From assembly GCA_963716175.1 (NCBI GenBank), contig OY970296.1, positions 2,624,001 to 2,688,000 on the forward strand: DNA of 64,000 nt, read 5' to 3'. Shown one piece after another: positions 20,610 to 29,050 of the stretch. Below the pieces are notes generated by a model. It had not been told where the DNA came from. It made no database searches and saw only the letters and a program-made list of their open reading frames with translations. Numbering within the stretch: position 1 is the first letter of the stretch; every line of letters starts with the position of its first letter. A program made the position numbers and the translations under genes. Origin of the DNA: an uncultured Armatimonadetes bacterium (GTDB lineage: Bacteria > Armatimonadota > Hebobacteria > Hebobacterales > Hebobacteraceae).

Positions 20610-21677
20610 TTACGCAGTTTCCGGGAAGGCCGTTCCCTTCCGCGCCTGGCGGATAATCCACATCACCTCGCGCACTTTCTCCGGCTGGACGAAAAGCGGC
20701 TTGCCTTTGCGGATGGAGTCGTAGAGGTAATCGTAGAATTCGCGCTTGCTGGGAAGCGCCGACGGCATGGTCTCTTCCTTGAAGGTGAGCTTCTCCCCGG
20801 CCGGGAGCACCCCGTATCTGCGGCCCGCCACCGCCCGGCTGTCAACGGCCTTGAGCCTGGGCAGCCTCTTCGGCTCGTGATAGCGCAGCCGCGAGGTCTT
20901 GCCATCCGAGACCAGGGTGCCGCGAGAGCCCATCAGCACCCAGGTGGGCAGAGGCAGCGCGCAGGCCGTGCTCACCTCCACTTCCGCCACCATCCCGCTC
21001 TCCGCGCGCATCACCACCTTCAGGTGATCTTCGGTGTCGCCCGGGATCAAGATCTGCTGCAGGTCCCCGAAGACATCCTTCACCGGCGAATCCAGGAGCT
21101 GCACCACCTGGTCTATCATGTGCACGCCGTTGTTGTTGAGGTTGCCGCCACCATACTTGCGCAGGGTCTGCCAGTCGTTGCGCCTCCCGTAACCATAGGA
21201 GCCGCGCCTGATGTTGAAGATGTTCCCCAGCACCCCACTGCGCATGATCTCCTTCACGTGCAGGAGGTCGGGCGCAAGCCTCGCGTTCTGGTGGATGGTG
21301 AAGATGAGCCCTCTCGCCTTCGCCGCCTTGGCCGCCGCCAGCAGGCGGTCCATATCTCGGAAGCGCGTGACCACCGGCTTCTCGGAGAGCACATGCTTCC
21401 CAGCTTTCAGCGCCTCCCAGGACATCCAGGCGTGATCCTTGGACTGACTGGCGATCACCGCCAGCTCCGCGTCCGAGTCCCCCAGGAACTCCCGGAAATC
21501 GCGGTAGGTGCGACAGCCGAACTCGGCGCGGGCCTCTTCCAACCGCCCCTTGTCGAGGTCAACGACGTCCGTCAGCACGAAATCCTTGCGGCCCCGAATG
21601 GCGCGGATGTGGATGTCCCATCCCGCCCTTCCCAGTCCCACCACGGCCATGCGCACTGGAGTGTCTTTGGCTCTCAT
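20610..21677 (-). CDS. Gfo/Idh/MocA family oxidoreductase
   Basis: VVGLGRAG, AGKHVLSEKP, GGGNLNNNGVHMID. Confidence 0.9.
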   Translation of the reverse strand: MRAKDTPVRMAVVGLGRAGWDIHIRAIRGRKDFVLTDVVDLDKGRLEEARAEFGCRTYRDFREFLGDSDAELAVIASQSKDHAWMSWEALKAGKHVLSEKPVVTRFRDMDRLLAAAKAAKARGLIFTIHQNARLAPDLLHVKEIMRSGVLGNIFNIRRGSYGYGRRNDWQTLRKYGGGNLNNNGVHMIDQVVQLLDSPVKDVFGDLQQILIPGDTEDHLKVVMRAESGMVAEVEVSTACALPLPTWVLMGSRGTLVSDGKTSRLRYHEPKRLPRLKAVDSRAVAGRRYGVLPAGEKLTFKEETMPSALPSKREFYDYLYDSIRKGKPLFVQPEKVREVMWIIRQARKGTAFPETA

Positions 21678-21752
21678 CAGGTCTCCTCTCTTCCCGCCAG
21701 CATCTTCGACGGGAAGTGGCCTCACCCTTTCGGGGCAGGTCACAGGCCCGCC

Positions 21753-21920
21753 CTACTCGCTCAGCGCTTTGGCAACCTCGCGGCAGCAGGCCGGCAGGCT
21801 GCCCCCTGAGACGTGAGCGCGGATGCACTCACAGCAGGTGCCGCGCCGCGGGCAGTCCTCGCTGGTGCAAGGGCAACCTTCCAGATTCATCTTGAGGTTG
21901 GGGCAGGGTTGCTCAGGCAT
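21753..21920 (-). CDS. Small Cys-rich protein (DUF6485-like), 55 aa
   Basis: MPEQPC...CPCTSEDCPRRGTCCECIRAH...LPACC. AGGAGG RBS, overlapping the end of the DUF763 gene. Confidence 0.75.
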   Translation of the reverse strand: MPEQPCPNLKMNLEGCPCTSEDCPRRGTCCECIRAHVSGGSLPACCREVAKALSE

Positions 21921-23025
21921 GAGATCCTCCTTTGTGATGTACCTCTTGAACCTGATAGCGCGCCAGGCGCCGCAGCGCCTGCAGCTTCTCCCGGTCGGCC
22001 AGCTTCGCTCGATCCACCGCCTCCCGCAGCAGCTCGATGGAGTGGTCGTAGGTCTGGCGATCCACCGGGTACGGGACGCCATCCTTGCCCCCGTGGGCGA
22101 AGCTGAAGGTGGCCGGGTCGCGCACGCTGGCCTTCGCGCCATAGACCAGGTCGGCGATGAGCGCCAGCGCGCGAATCGTCTTCGGCCCCACTCCGGGCCG
22201 CGCCAGCAGGGCCTCGAAGTCCGCGGGAGGGTGCTCGTAGCTTTTCGCCAGGATGCGTTCGAAGGACTCCGGCCGGATGTCCGCGGCGATGATGTCGTGC
22301 CGCCCGGGAAGCGACAGCTCTTGCGCCCGGCGCAGCTCTCGCGCCAGCCTGTCGGGGGGCTCGGCCGCGACCAGCGCGCTCGCCTTGCGCGCCTCTTCGC
22401 TCTCGTGGGCCACCAGGTTCAGCACCAGTTGCGCCTTGCGCTCCGCCACGATGGCGGCGTGGGGTTCATCCACGAAGTCCTTCACCCCGGTGGAGAGCCA
22501 GTGGTAGCGCCGCGCCCAGCCAGTGGTGTCGTTCATCCCCTGCTGCACCACCGCCCATTCTCCGGCCGGGGTGAACAGAAAGCAGTGGTGATAGAGCTGG
22601 TATCCATCCTGCACCGCGGTGTTGTCCACTTTGGCCGAGATCTTGCTGGCATAGACCAGCTCGTCGGCAGGCCGAGCAACCGCATGCTGCTCGGCGTGGG
22701 CCACGATCTCGGCCGGCGTCTTCCGGGAGGCCGCGCCCTTGCCTCCGGCGACGAAAAGGCCGAAGTCCGGCTCTCTCCCTCTCACCGCCTCCTTGAGCGC
22801 GCCCGTGGTCGTGGTGGTGAGGCCGGAGCTGTGCCAATCGAAACCCAGCACACAGCCCAGGGCCTGGAACCAGTGGGGATCGGCGACGCGCACCAGCACC
22901 TCCCCGGGCCCGAACTCCTCCACTAGCACCCGCAGAATCTCCCGCGACAGCAGCACCATGCGGGAGAACAGCCAGCGCGGCGCGCGGCCGCCGTGGAGCG
23001 GGAGGTTGGCGGTGCCGGTTCTCAT
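21913..23025 (-). CDS. DUF763 domain protein
   Basis: MRTGTANLPLHGGRAPRWL, GFDWHSSG, AKVDNTAVQDGYQLYHH, FAHGGKDGVPYPVDR. Confidence 0.88.
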   Translation of the reverse strand: MRTGTANLPLHGGRAPRWLFSRMVLLSREILRVLVEEFGPGEVLVRVADPHWFQALGCVLGFDWHSSGLTTTTTGALKEAVRGREPDFGLFVAGGKGAASRKTPAEIVAHAEQHAVARPADELVYASKISAKVDNTAVQDGYQLYHHCFLFTPAGEWAVVQQGMNDTTGWARRYHWLSTGVKDFVDEPHAAIVAERKAQLVLNLVAHESEEARKASALVAAEPPDRLARELRRAQELSLPGRHDIIAADIRPESFERILAKSYEHPPADFEALLARPGVGPKTIRALALIADLVYGAKASVRDPATFSFAHGGKDGVPYPVDRQTYDHSIELLREAVDRAKLADREKLQALRRLARYQVQEVHHKGGSHA

Positions 23026-23111
23026 TGGGGAGATGATACCTGGTGAAGGCAGCCGGAGCAAGCCGCGATGTGGTGGGGCAGGAGCTTCGCTCCTGCCCTG
23101 CCGGGCTCCCT

Positions 23112-23875
23112 TCAGCGCCCCCGACGGAGCCCCTTGGCTATCTCCTCGGAGCAGGAGAAGCCTTTCGCCGTCAGTTTGTAGCCCGCTGCTTGATCGCCGT
23201 GCACGAGCTTCCACGCGACAGCCTTCTTCAGGGTACCCGTAACCGTCGACGCACTTCTCCGCATGTCCTTGCCCAACTGGTTCCGTGACGCCCGTTCCGG
23301 GTAGTAGTGTCTGAGAAGAAGCAGGAGTTCGTCCATCGGCGTGACCTCGGCCAAGACAAGCCGGTCGCTGCCGAAGTCTTCGACCACCTGGCTGATCGGC
23401 ACCTGTACGAACTCGGCCATCTTGCCGGCCGTCGTCACATCCGACTGCATACAATGCCGGATAATCTCCGCCAAGATCCACTGTGCTCCGTGGTACAGGA
23501 GCCTCAAGTCATAGATGTTGGGGTCGACAGCGCCCTTGTGAAGTATGTTGCGCCTGCTCCGGAGAGCATACATACCACGGGCGACGCGGGCACCCGTGAC
23601 CCTCAGGTCGTCAGCGAGCGCCTGGGTCCCCCCGGTGCCCCTCTCACACTCGTTCAGGAAACCCTCGACCTTGATGTGGCCGGCTGCATCGGGGGTACGT
23701 CGCGGAGATGCTGCAACGCCTGAACGAAACTCTCAACGAACTTGCCGGGCGAAGATCGGCCCAGTGTCGCCGTGATGACATCCTGTCGAATCTGAAGGAA
23801 CTCCGACACGACATCGGTGGCCAGGTCGCGACCGATGCAAGGTTCCAGTGCGGCGATCAGCTCATCTGGCTGCAT
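23112..23875 (-). pseudogene. Putative HEPN-like nuclease with C-terminal winged helix, frameshifted in G5 run at 23691-23695 as assembled
   Basis: Adding one base joins ORF 23654-23875 to ORF 23112-23573, giving 254 aa. It contains YALRSRRNILH (R-x4-6-H) and ends YKLTAKG. Confidence 0.6.
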
Positions 23876-23917
23876 GGGTCACCCCATTGTTCGCAGTAAG
23901 GCAGCGCTGTCGTCCTT

Positions 23918-24457
23918 TCAAGCGTGGTGTTCGATGAGCTCCTTGGCTCGCTTCTTCCAGTCTCCGCTCAACTGCAGGCATTTCTTCCCCTTCACCGTGG
24001 TCACCCTCAGCAACGACTCTTGGCTAACCTCGCGGTCGACGTTGCCCGTGACACCCAGCTGCGTGAGCGCCTTGCGGACGCCCGGGAGCGGGTAGTTGAT
24101 GATCTGTTCGAGTACGCGTGCGGACCAGACGAGCAACACTGCGGCGTTCCTGGTACGTTCGGCCTCGGTGTGGCCTAGTGCGCCGCTGATGAGGTGCACG
24201 CCGCTCTCATCAGACGCGAACAGCTGCATTACGTGTTCCTTACTGACCCCGGCGGCCTCAGCCAGACGCTTGGCCCACTCGCCAGCGGGTACACCCGCTC
24301 CCTCCTTACCCTCCGCGCCCCCGCCCACGCGTTTGCTGTGGTCCACTCGCGACTGAAGCAGATACTCGAACGCTCGGGCCTGAACCGCCTCCGGGAGTTC
24401 CTTGACGGCTTCCCCGAGTGCTTTCATCAGCTCAACTGCGTTCTCATCGATCTCCAT
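23918..24457 (-). CDS. Hypothetical protein, possible C-terminal winged helix
   Basis: 179 aa ORF with a purine-rich RBS. N-terminus EAVKELPEAVQARAFEYLL resembles the upstream gene. Confidence 0.7.
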   Translation of the reverse strand: MEIDENAVELMKALGEAVKELPEAVQARAFEYLLQSRVDHSKRVGGGAEGKEGAGVPAGEWAKRLAEAAGVSKEHVMQLFASDESGVHLISGALGHTEAERTRNAAVLLVWSARVLEQIINYPLPGVRKALTQLGVTGNVDREVSQESLLRVTTVKGKKCLQLSGDWKKRAKELIEHHA

Positions 24458-24531
24458 ACCTGCTCCCCCCCTTACGGATTGGCAATCTGCCAGCTTACAC
24501 CTCTCATGGCTCAGAGCCAAGGAGCCGAGGC

Positions 24532-25011
24532 TCACTCAGCCTTTGGCAACTGCTCCTCGACGTATTTCTTGCCTTTGTTCGACAGGGCGAACTTACCCCT
24601 AGCGACCGATCGCATGTAGCCATCTCGCTTCGCGTCCCTCAAGACCTGAGCCGGCTCGTTGATCCGTTTCATCTTTCCGCGGGCCACCTCAGAGAAGGCC
24701 GAGTCCAGGTCATCCTTCGTGGTGGCTGCCAATCCCGCGTGCTCCTCGCGATGATACGCGATCACCAGCGCGGTTTCCCAATCGTTGGCTGGTTTCCTCT
24801 CGCCCATAAACGCGTCTAGGTCTGCACTGGGATGCTGCTTGGGGCCGCGCTTACGCTCAGCCTCAGCATCTTGGCCGTCGCCTTTGCCTTCCCTGGGCTG
24901 AGTCAGCAGATACTGTAGTACGGCGCCACAACAGGCCGCGCGCAGCTCCTCGGGTACATCTTTGACCGCCTCGACAGCAGCGCGAACGGCAGCCTTGATC
25001 CGGTGTTCCAT
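24532..25011 (-). CDS. Hypothetical protein with C-terminal winged-helix-like domain
   Basis: 159 aa. N-terminus EAVKDVPEELRAACCGAVLQYLL and C-terminus LRDAKRDGYM...GKFALSNKGKKYVE. Confidence 0.7.
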   Translation of the reverse strand: MEHRIKAAVRAAVEAVKDVPEELRAACCGAVLQYLLTQPREGKGDGQDAEAERKRGPKQHPSADLDAFMGERKPANDWETALVIAYHREEHAGLAATTKDDLDSAFSEVARGKMKRINEPAQVLRDAKRDGYMRSVARGKFALSNKGKKYVEEQLPKAE

Positions 25012-25242
25012 GGAACCCCTCGCTTCCTGACCACCCCACACCCTTCGATATATACTAGCACGGATGGACCCCGGGAGAAAGCCCTCAGCGCTGAGTCCGA
25101 AGCCATGCTTAAGTGCCCAGCAATGGCTTCTCCGGTAGCGTACTGTCGAATCTCGTCCTCGACCGCGGCCTGCACGCCTCCGCCCTGCGAGTGCTGATGC
25201 GAATCTGGAGCGCTATCCCCCGACCGAGGCCGGCCCGCATTC

Positions 25243-25879
25243 GTAGGGCAGGAGCACCTCTTCTGCCCGGATCATCGCCGCGCTACCCCTGGCTCTGGGC
25301 ACGAGACGAAGCCCCCGCCCTACAAACAACAACGGCCGGTGCGCATCCGCCCGGGGCGGATGCGCACCCTACAGACAACAACGGCCGGCGGGGTCTCGTG
25401 CTTCGGAGCGAAGGACTTTCGCTACTTCGCAGAGTAGCATCGGTGACCCCGCCCTACAGCAACGGCCGTGGCAGGAGCAAGTCGCCAGACCCCGGTCGCC
25501 TTGCGACCTAGGGGCTCCTGCCCAACGCAAAAACGGCAAGGGCCGGCGGGCATGCGCCGCCTGCGGCGGCGACATACCCGCCCCACAAAGAACAATGGCC
25601 GGCGCGGATCCGCCCGGGGCGGATGCGCGCCCTACAGACAGCAATGGCCGGCGGGGTCTCGTGCTTCGTAGCGAACGAGCTTCGCTACTTCGCAGAGTAG
25701 CATCGGTGACCCCGCCCTACAAACAACAACGGCCGGCGCGGATGCGCACCGTACAAAGCAGGCCCGCGGGTACCTCAGTGGCGTGGGTTTGTGGTCAGCG
25801 CCGCCAGGCGCAGACCACAACCCGCGTGTCCGGCCGCAGGTTGTCGCTCGCGTGCACTCGCGACAAACCCGCGCCACTG
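25243..25879. repeat. Tandem mosaic array of REP-like hairpins (BIME-like)
   Basis: About eight linkers of consensus CCCTACAAACAACAACGGCCGG separate GC-rich hairpins, with an internal direct duplication of about 135 bp. The array ends in the inverted pair CAGTGGCGTGGGTTTGT / ACAAACCCGCGCCACTG. Confidence 0.85.
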
Positions 25880-25918
25880 GAATAGTGCGGCCGTCCACGG
25901 AGTCGGTGCGCCAATCTC

Positions 25919-27004
25919 TCAATACGTCGGATAGGGCTTCTTCAGCGGCAGGGTCACCGGCAGATTGGTGCGGAAGGACTGGATCGCGGCCCAGGCGCAC
26001 TCCAGCGAGTAGCGTCCAGCCTCTCCCGGGGTCTCAGGCTCCTTGTCATTGAGCACGCAGTCTATGAAGTGCGCGATCTCGCCGGCGTGGCCGGATGGGC
26101 TGTAGGCCGAGGTGATGAGGTCGGTGTCGTCCCCGACGTGGCCGCCGAAGTGGTGCACCTCTTCCACTGTTCCATTGTAATCCTTCACGCCGCGGTAGAT
26201 GCGGAAGCCGCCGCCGCGCTCCATGCGCACCCCGCCCTCGGTGAAGAAGATGCTGGTGTGGCCGCCGTAGTTGCTGGGCATGTTGGCGCCGCCGTCAATG
26301 ATGCCGATGGCCCCATTCTTGAAGCGCCAGAGCACCACCAACTGGTCATCCGGCAAGGTCGGCTGCCGGTCGGTGTAGATGAAGCTGCCGGCCTCGCAGT
26401 AGATGCGCTCGGCGGGGCCGAAGAGCCAGGGCAGGAAGTGGAAGTCGTGGATCACGCCCTCGATGGCGGTGCCGCCGCTCTTCTTGGGGTCCCAGAACCA
26501 GCCGGTGCGCTTGCGAATCCATTCCGCCCGCATGTGGTGAGAGGTGTAGATGCGGATCGGCTTGCCCAGCTCCCCGGTCTGGATCATCTCCTTCAGCCGC
26601 CTGGAGCTGGCAGCGTGGGGTCTGGGAAACGCGATCATGAGCTTGACCCCAGCGGCCTTGCAGGCGGCGATGGTGCGGTCGGCGTCGTCGAGGTTGACCG
26701 TGAACGGCTTCTCGCAGAGCACGTGCTTGCCGGCCTTGGCGGCCTTGATCACGTGTTCCGCGTGGACGAAGGGCGGGGAGCAGATGTCCACTGCGTCCAC
26801 ATCGTCTCGCGCCAGCAGCTCATCGTAGTTCGTCGTCCACGGCACATCGCCGGCCATATGGGCCGAGTTCTTCGCTAGCTCCGCATCCACATCGAAGACA
26901 GCCGTGATCTTGGCCTGCTTCTCCAGGCTCATCCAACACGAAATGTGGTTGGCGCCGATGCCGGCGCCACTGACCATCGCGACTCGCAGCTTGTCCTTCG
27001 CCAT
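25919..27004 (-). CDS. Gfo/Idh/MocA family oxidoreductase
   Basis: SGAGIG, VDAVDICSP, AGKHVLCEKP, SGGTAIEGVIH. Confidence 0.9.
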   Translation of the reverse strand: MAKDKLRVAMVSGAGIGANHISCWMSLEKQAKITAVFDVDAELAKNSAHMAGDVPWTTNYDELLARDDVDAVDICSPPFVHAEHVIKAAKAGKHVLCEKPFTVNLDDADRTIAACKAAGVKLMIAFPRPHAASSRRLKEMIQTGELGKPIRIYTSHHMRAEWIRKRTGWFWDPKKSGGTAIEGVIHDFHFLPWLFGPAERIYCEAGSFIYTDRQPTLPDDQLVVLWRFKNGAIGIIDGGANMPSNYGGHTSIFFTEGGVRMERGGGFRIYRGVKDYNGTVEEVHHFGGHVGDDTDLITSAYSPSGHAGEIAHFIDCVLNDKEPETPGEAGRYSLECAWAAIQSFRTNLPVTLPLKKPYPTY

Positions 27005-27028
27005 CGTCCTCTCCTTCCTACGTCTTGG

Positions 27029-27856
27029 CTAGAGCCCGAACTTCTGCAATGCCTCCCGGCTTCGGATGGCCACTTCGTCGGCCGTCTCCCGCGTGCCAGG
27101 CACCTCCAACGTCAGGTAACCGTCATAGCCGATGTCCCGCGCGGCAGCCGCCACCGCGGGGAAGTCCACCATCCCCTGGCCGATGATCGCCAGCTCCCTC
27201 CGGCCCTCGCGGCGCCGCAGGTCCTTGACGTGGATCATCGCCACACGCTGGCCGAGCAGGCGCATCTCCGCTGCCGGGTCCGCGCCTTGCCCGGTCGCGT
27301 TCCCCACATCGTAATAGACCTGGCAGGCCGGGGAACCGACGCGGGAGGCGATCCCAATCAGGTCCTGGGCGGTGCGGGCGAGCGCCTGCCCCACATTCTC
27401 GACCCCGTAGACGACGCCCGCTTTCTCGGCCTCCGGCACGCAAGCCTGCAGCACCGCCACCAGGTTAGCTCGCGCTTCCTCTGGGGAAAGCGAATCCGGC
27501 TGCCCCACCGGCAGCAGGATCACTTTGGCTCCCACCTCGGCGGCGAAAGGTGCAGCTTGGCGGATGATCTCGGCCGCCTGCGCTCGCACCGCGGGATCGG
27601 GGCTGGAGGGATAGAAGCGCCAGAGCACACCCAGGCAGAGCGAGCTGATCTCGATGCCGGCGCGCCGGGCGGCCTCGCCCGCGGCCTTCACGCGCGGGGC
27701 CGTGAACTCCTCCGGCCAGTGCAGGCCCAGCCCGGTGTTGCCGAAGTCACCAACATCCACCTCGTAGCCCTGGTAGCCGAACTCGGCGGCTCGCGCGATC
27801 GCCTCCAGCAGTGGGTACTTCCTCTCGATGCAGATCGAGTGCATGGAAAGCTTCAT
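27029..27856 (-). CDS. Sugar phosphate isomerase/epimerase (xylose isomerase-like TIM barrel)
   Basis: GYQGYE, GVEN, YYDVGN, IHVKD, GYDGYLTLE. Confidence 0.88.
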   Translation of the reverse strand: MKLSMHSICIERKYPLLEAIARAAEFGYQGYEVDVGDFGNTGLGLHWPEEFTAPRVKAAGEAARRAGIEISSLCLGVLWRFYPSSPDPAVRAQAAEIIRQAAPFAAEVGAKVILLPVGQPDSLSPEEARANLVAVLQACVPEAEKAGVVYGVENVGQALARTAQDLIGIASRVGSPACQVYYDVGNATGQGADPAAEMRLLGQRVAMIHVKDLRRREGRRELAIIGQGMVDFPAVAAAARDIGYDGYLTLEVPGTRETADEVAIRSREALQKFGL

Positions 27857-28065
27857 GGTCTCACCCCGTCGCCATGCGGCTGGGGTCGGGGATTCGGCAG
27901 CGGGCCAGGAATGTCCTCTGCCCGCAGGCGGCAGACGGGGGAGGAGCCAGGAGAGAGGTGGGGGAGAAGACGGCGCGGGGAAGGAAGCGACTGGAGGCAG
28001 TCTCAGCGCTCGCGAACTCGGCCGGGGAGCACGCTGTCCGTCGCGGGTTCTGAAATGGCTTCTGG

Positions 28066-28290
28066 CTATCTGAACCGGTAGGTGATGCGGCCTCTGGTGG
28101 GATCGTACGGGCTCAACTCGAGCTTCACGTTGTCTCCGGGCAGGATGCGAATCCGGAATTTCCGCATCTTCCCTGAGGCCTGCGCCAACACCACGGTGCC
28201 ATTGTCCAGCTCAACCCGGAACATGGTATTCGGCAGCACCTCGCGAACGATCCCTTGCGCCTCGATGAACTTCTGGGCTTGTTGTGACAC
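28066..28290 (-). CDS. infA: Translation initiation factor IF-1
   Basis: [15 protein letters not shown]...[15 protein letters not shown]...[18 protein letters not shown] start after GGAGG. Confidence 0.97.
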   Translation of the reverse strand: MSQQAQKFIEAQGIVREVLPNTMFRVELDNGTVVLAQASGKMRKFRIRILPGDNVKLELSPYDPTRGRITYRFR

Positions 28291-28322
28291 GCCCTCCCCC
28301 ACAGTCTGAGCTGATACTGGAC

Positions 28323-28399
28323 TGGTACGCCCGAGAGGACTTGAACCTCCGGCCTTGGGGTCCGCAACCCCACGCTCTATCCAACTGAGCTACGGGCGC
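28323..28399 (-). tRNA. tRNA-Arg, anticodon GCG
   Basis: GCGCCCGTAGCTCAGTTGGATAGAGCG-TGGGG-TTGCGGA-CCCCA-AGGCCGGAGGTTCAAGTCCTCTCGGGCGTACCA folds as a 77 nt cloverleaf with encoded CCA. Confidence 0.95.
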
Positions 28400-28408
28400 A
28401 CTGGGCCT

Positions 28409-28437
28409 ATGCTAGCACAGCCCAGGGCAAAAGGCAA
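28409..28437 (-). promoter_or_regulatory. Sigma70-type promoter for tRNA-Arg and infA
   Basis: TTGCCT-N17-TAGCAT with extended -10 TG, 9 nt upstream of the tRNA. Confidence 0.65.
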
Positions 28438-28484
28438 GGCGTGGTTCGCCCCAGGGCGTGCCTGGAAGGGCCTGCCGGGATGGC

Positions 28485-28512
28485 TTGACATGGCTGTGTC
28501 ACTTCCTAGAAT
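28485..28512 (+). promoter_or_regulatory. Sigma70-type promoter for response regulator and ROK kinase
   Basis: TTGACA-N16-TAGAAT. Confidence 0.65.
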
Positions 28513-28610
28513 AGGGGGCATCTGGGGCGGCGGCCGCGTCCAATACCCGGCCAGCAGGCGCCGGGAGCAGGAGCGGCGAATGCTCAGCCACCAGAGCAGG
28601 GAGAGGGGCG

Positions 28611-29030
28611 ATGCGGAGGCAAGAGCCTGGCGGGGCCGGTCGCAAGATCCTGGTAGTGGATGATGACGCCGCGGTGTGCAGCCTGGCCGGTGCCTGTATC
28701 CGCCACGCCCTTGGCGAGGATTACCAGGTCTCTTACGCCCGCAACGGGAAGAAGGCACTGGAGGCGGTGGAGCGGGATCACCCGGACCTGGTGCTGCTGG
28801 ATATCCTGATGCCGGTGATGAACGGGTTCGAGGTGTGCCGGCAGCTCAGGGCCTCCCCGGCCACAAAGAACATCCCCATCGTGTTCCTCACCGCCCTGGG
28901 CGAAGAGAAGGATGTGGAGCAGGGCTTGGCCCTGGGTGGGGACGGATACGTGGTCAAGCCGTTCAATGCCGTGACTCTGGCTGCGCAGATCTCGGAGCTG
29001 CTCGCCCCTCGCGGTGAGCCGCCGGGATAA
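28611..29030 (+). CDS. Single-domain response regulator (CheY-like)
   Basis: KILVVDDD, PDLVLLDILMP, FLTA, KPF. Confidence 0.9.
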   Translation: MRRQEPGGAGRKILVVDDDAAVCSLAGACIRHALGEDYQVSYARNGKKALEAVERDHPDLVLLDILMPVMNGFEVCRQLRASPATKNIPIVFLTALGEEKDVEQGLALGGDGYVVKPFNAVTLAAQISELLAPRGEPPG

Positions 29031-29050
29031 GCGCCCCACTGGAGGCAAGT

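Noticed and set aside
24903-25175. 90 aa ORF upstream of the island genes
   Set aside because: It overlaps the next gene out of frame, spans the likely promoter and has no recognisable motif.
25243-25879. CRISPR array
   Set aside because: The constant part is short and degenerate, the intervening sequences are recurring hairpins of very unequal length, and no cas genes are present.
23073-25879. Integron cassette array with attC sites
   Set aside because: GCCCAAC/GTTGGGC-like motifs occur but not as paired RYYYAAC...GTTRRRY ends flanking each gene, and there is no integrase.
27930-27990. Strongly purine-skewed tract downstream of infA
   Set aside because: It could be a C-rich Rho-loading region on the minus strand, but no structure or repeat supports a specific call.
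28323-28399. tRNA as an island integration site
   Set aside because: I saw no duplicated tRNA 3' end and no integrase. infA follows directly.
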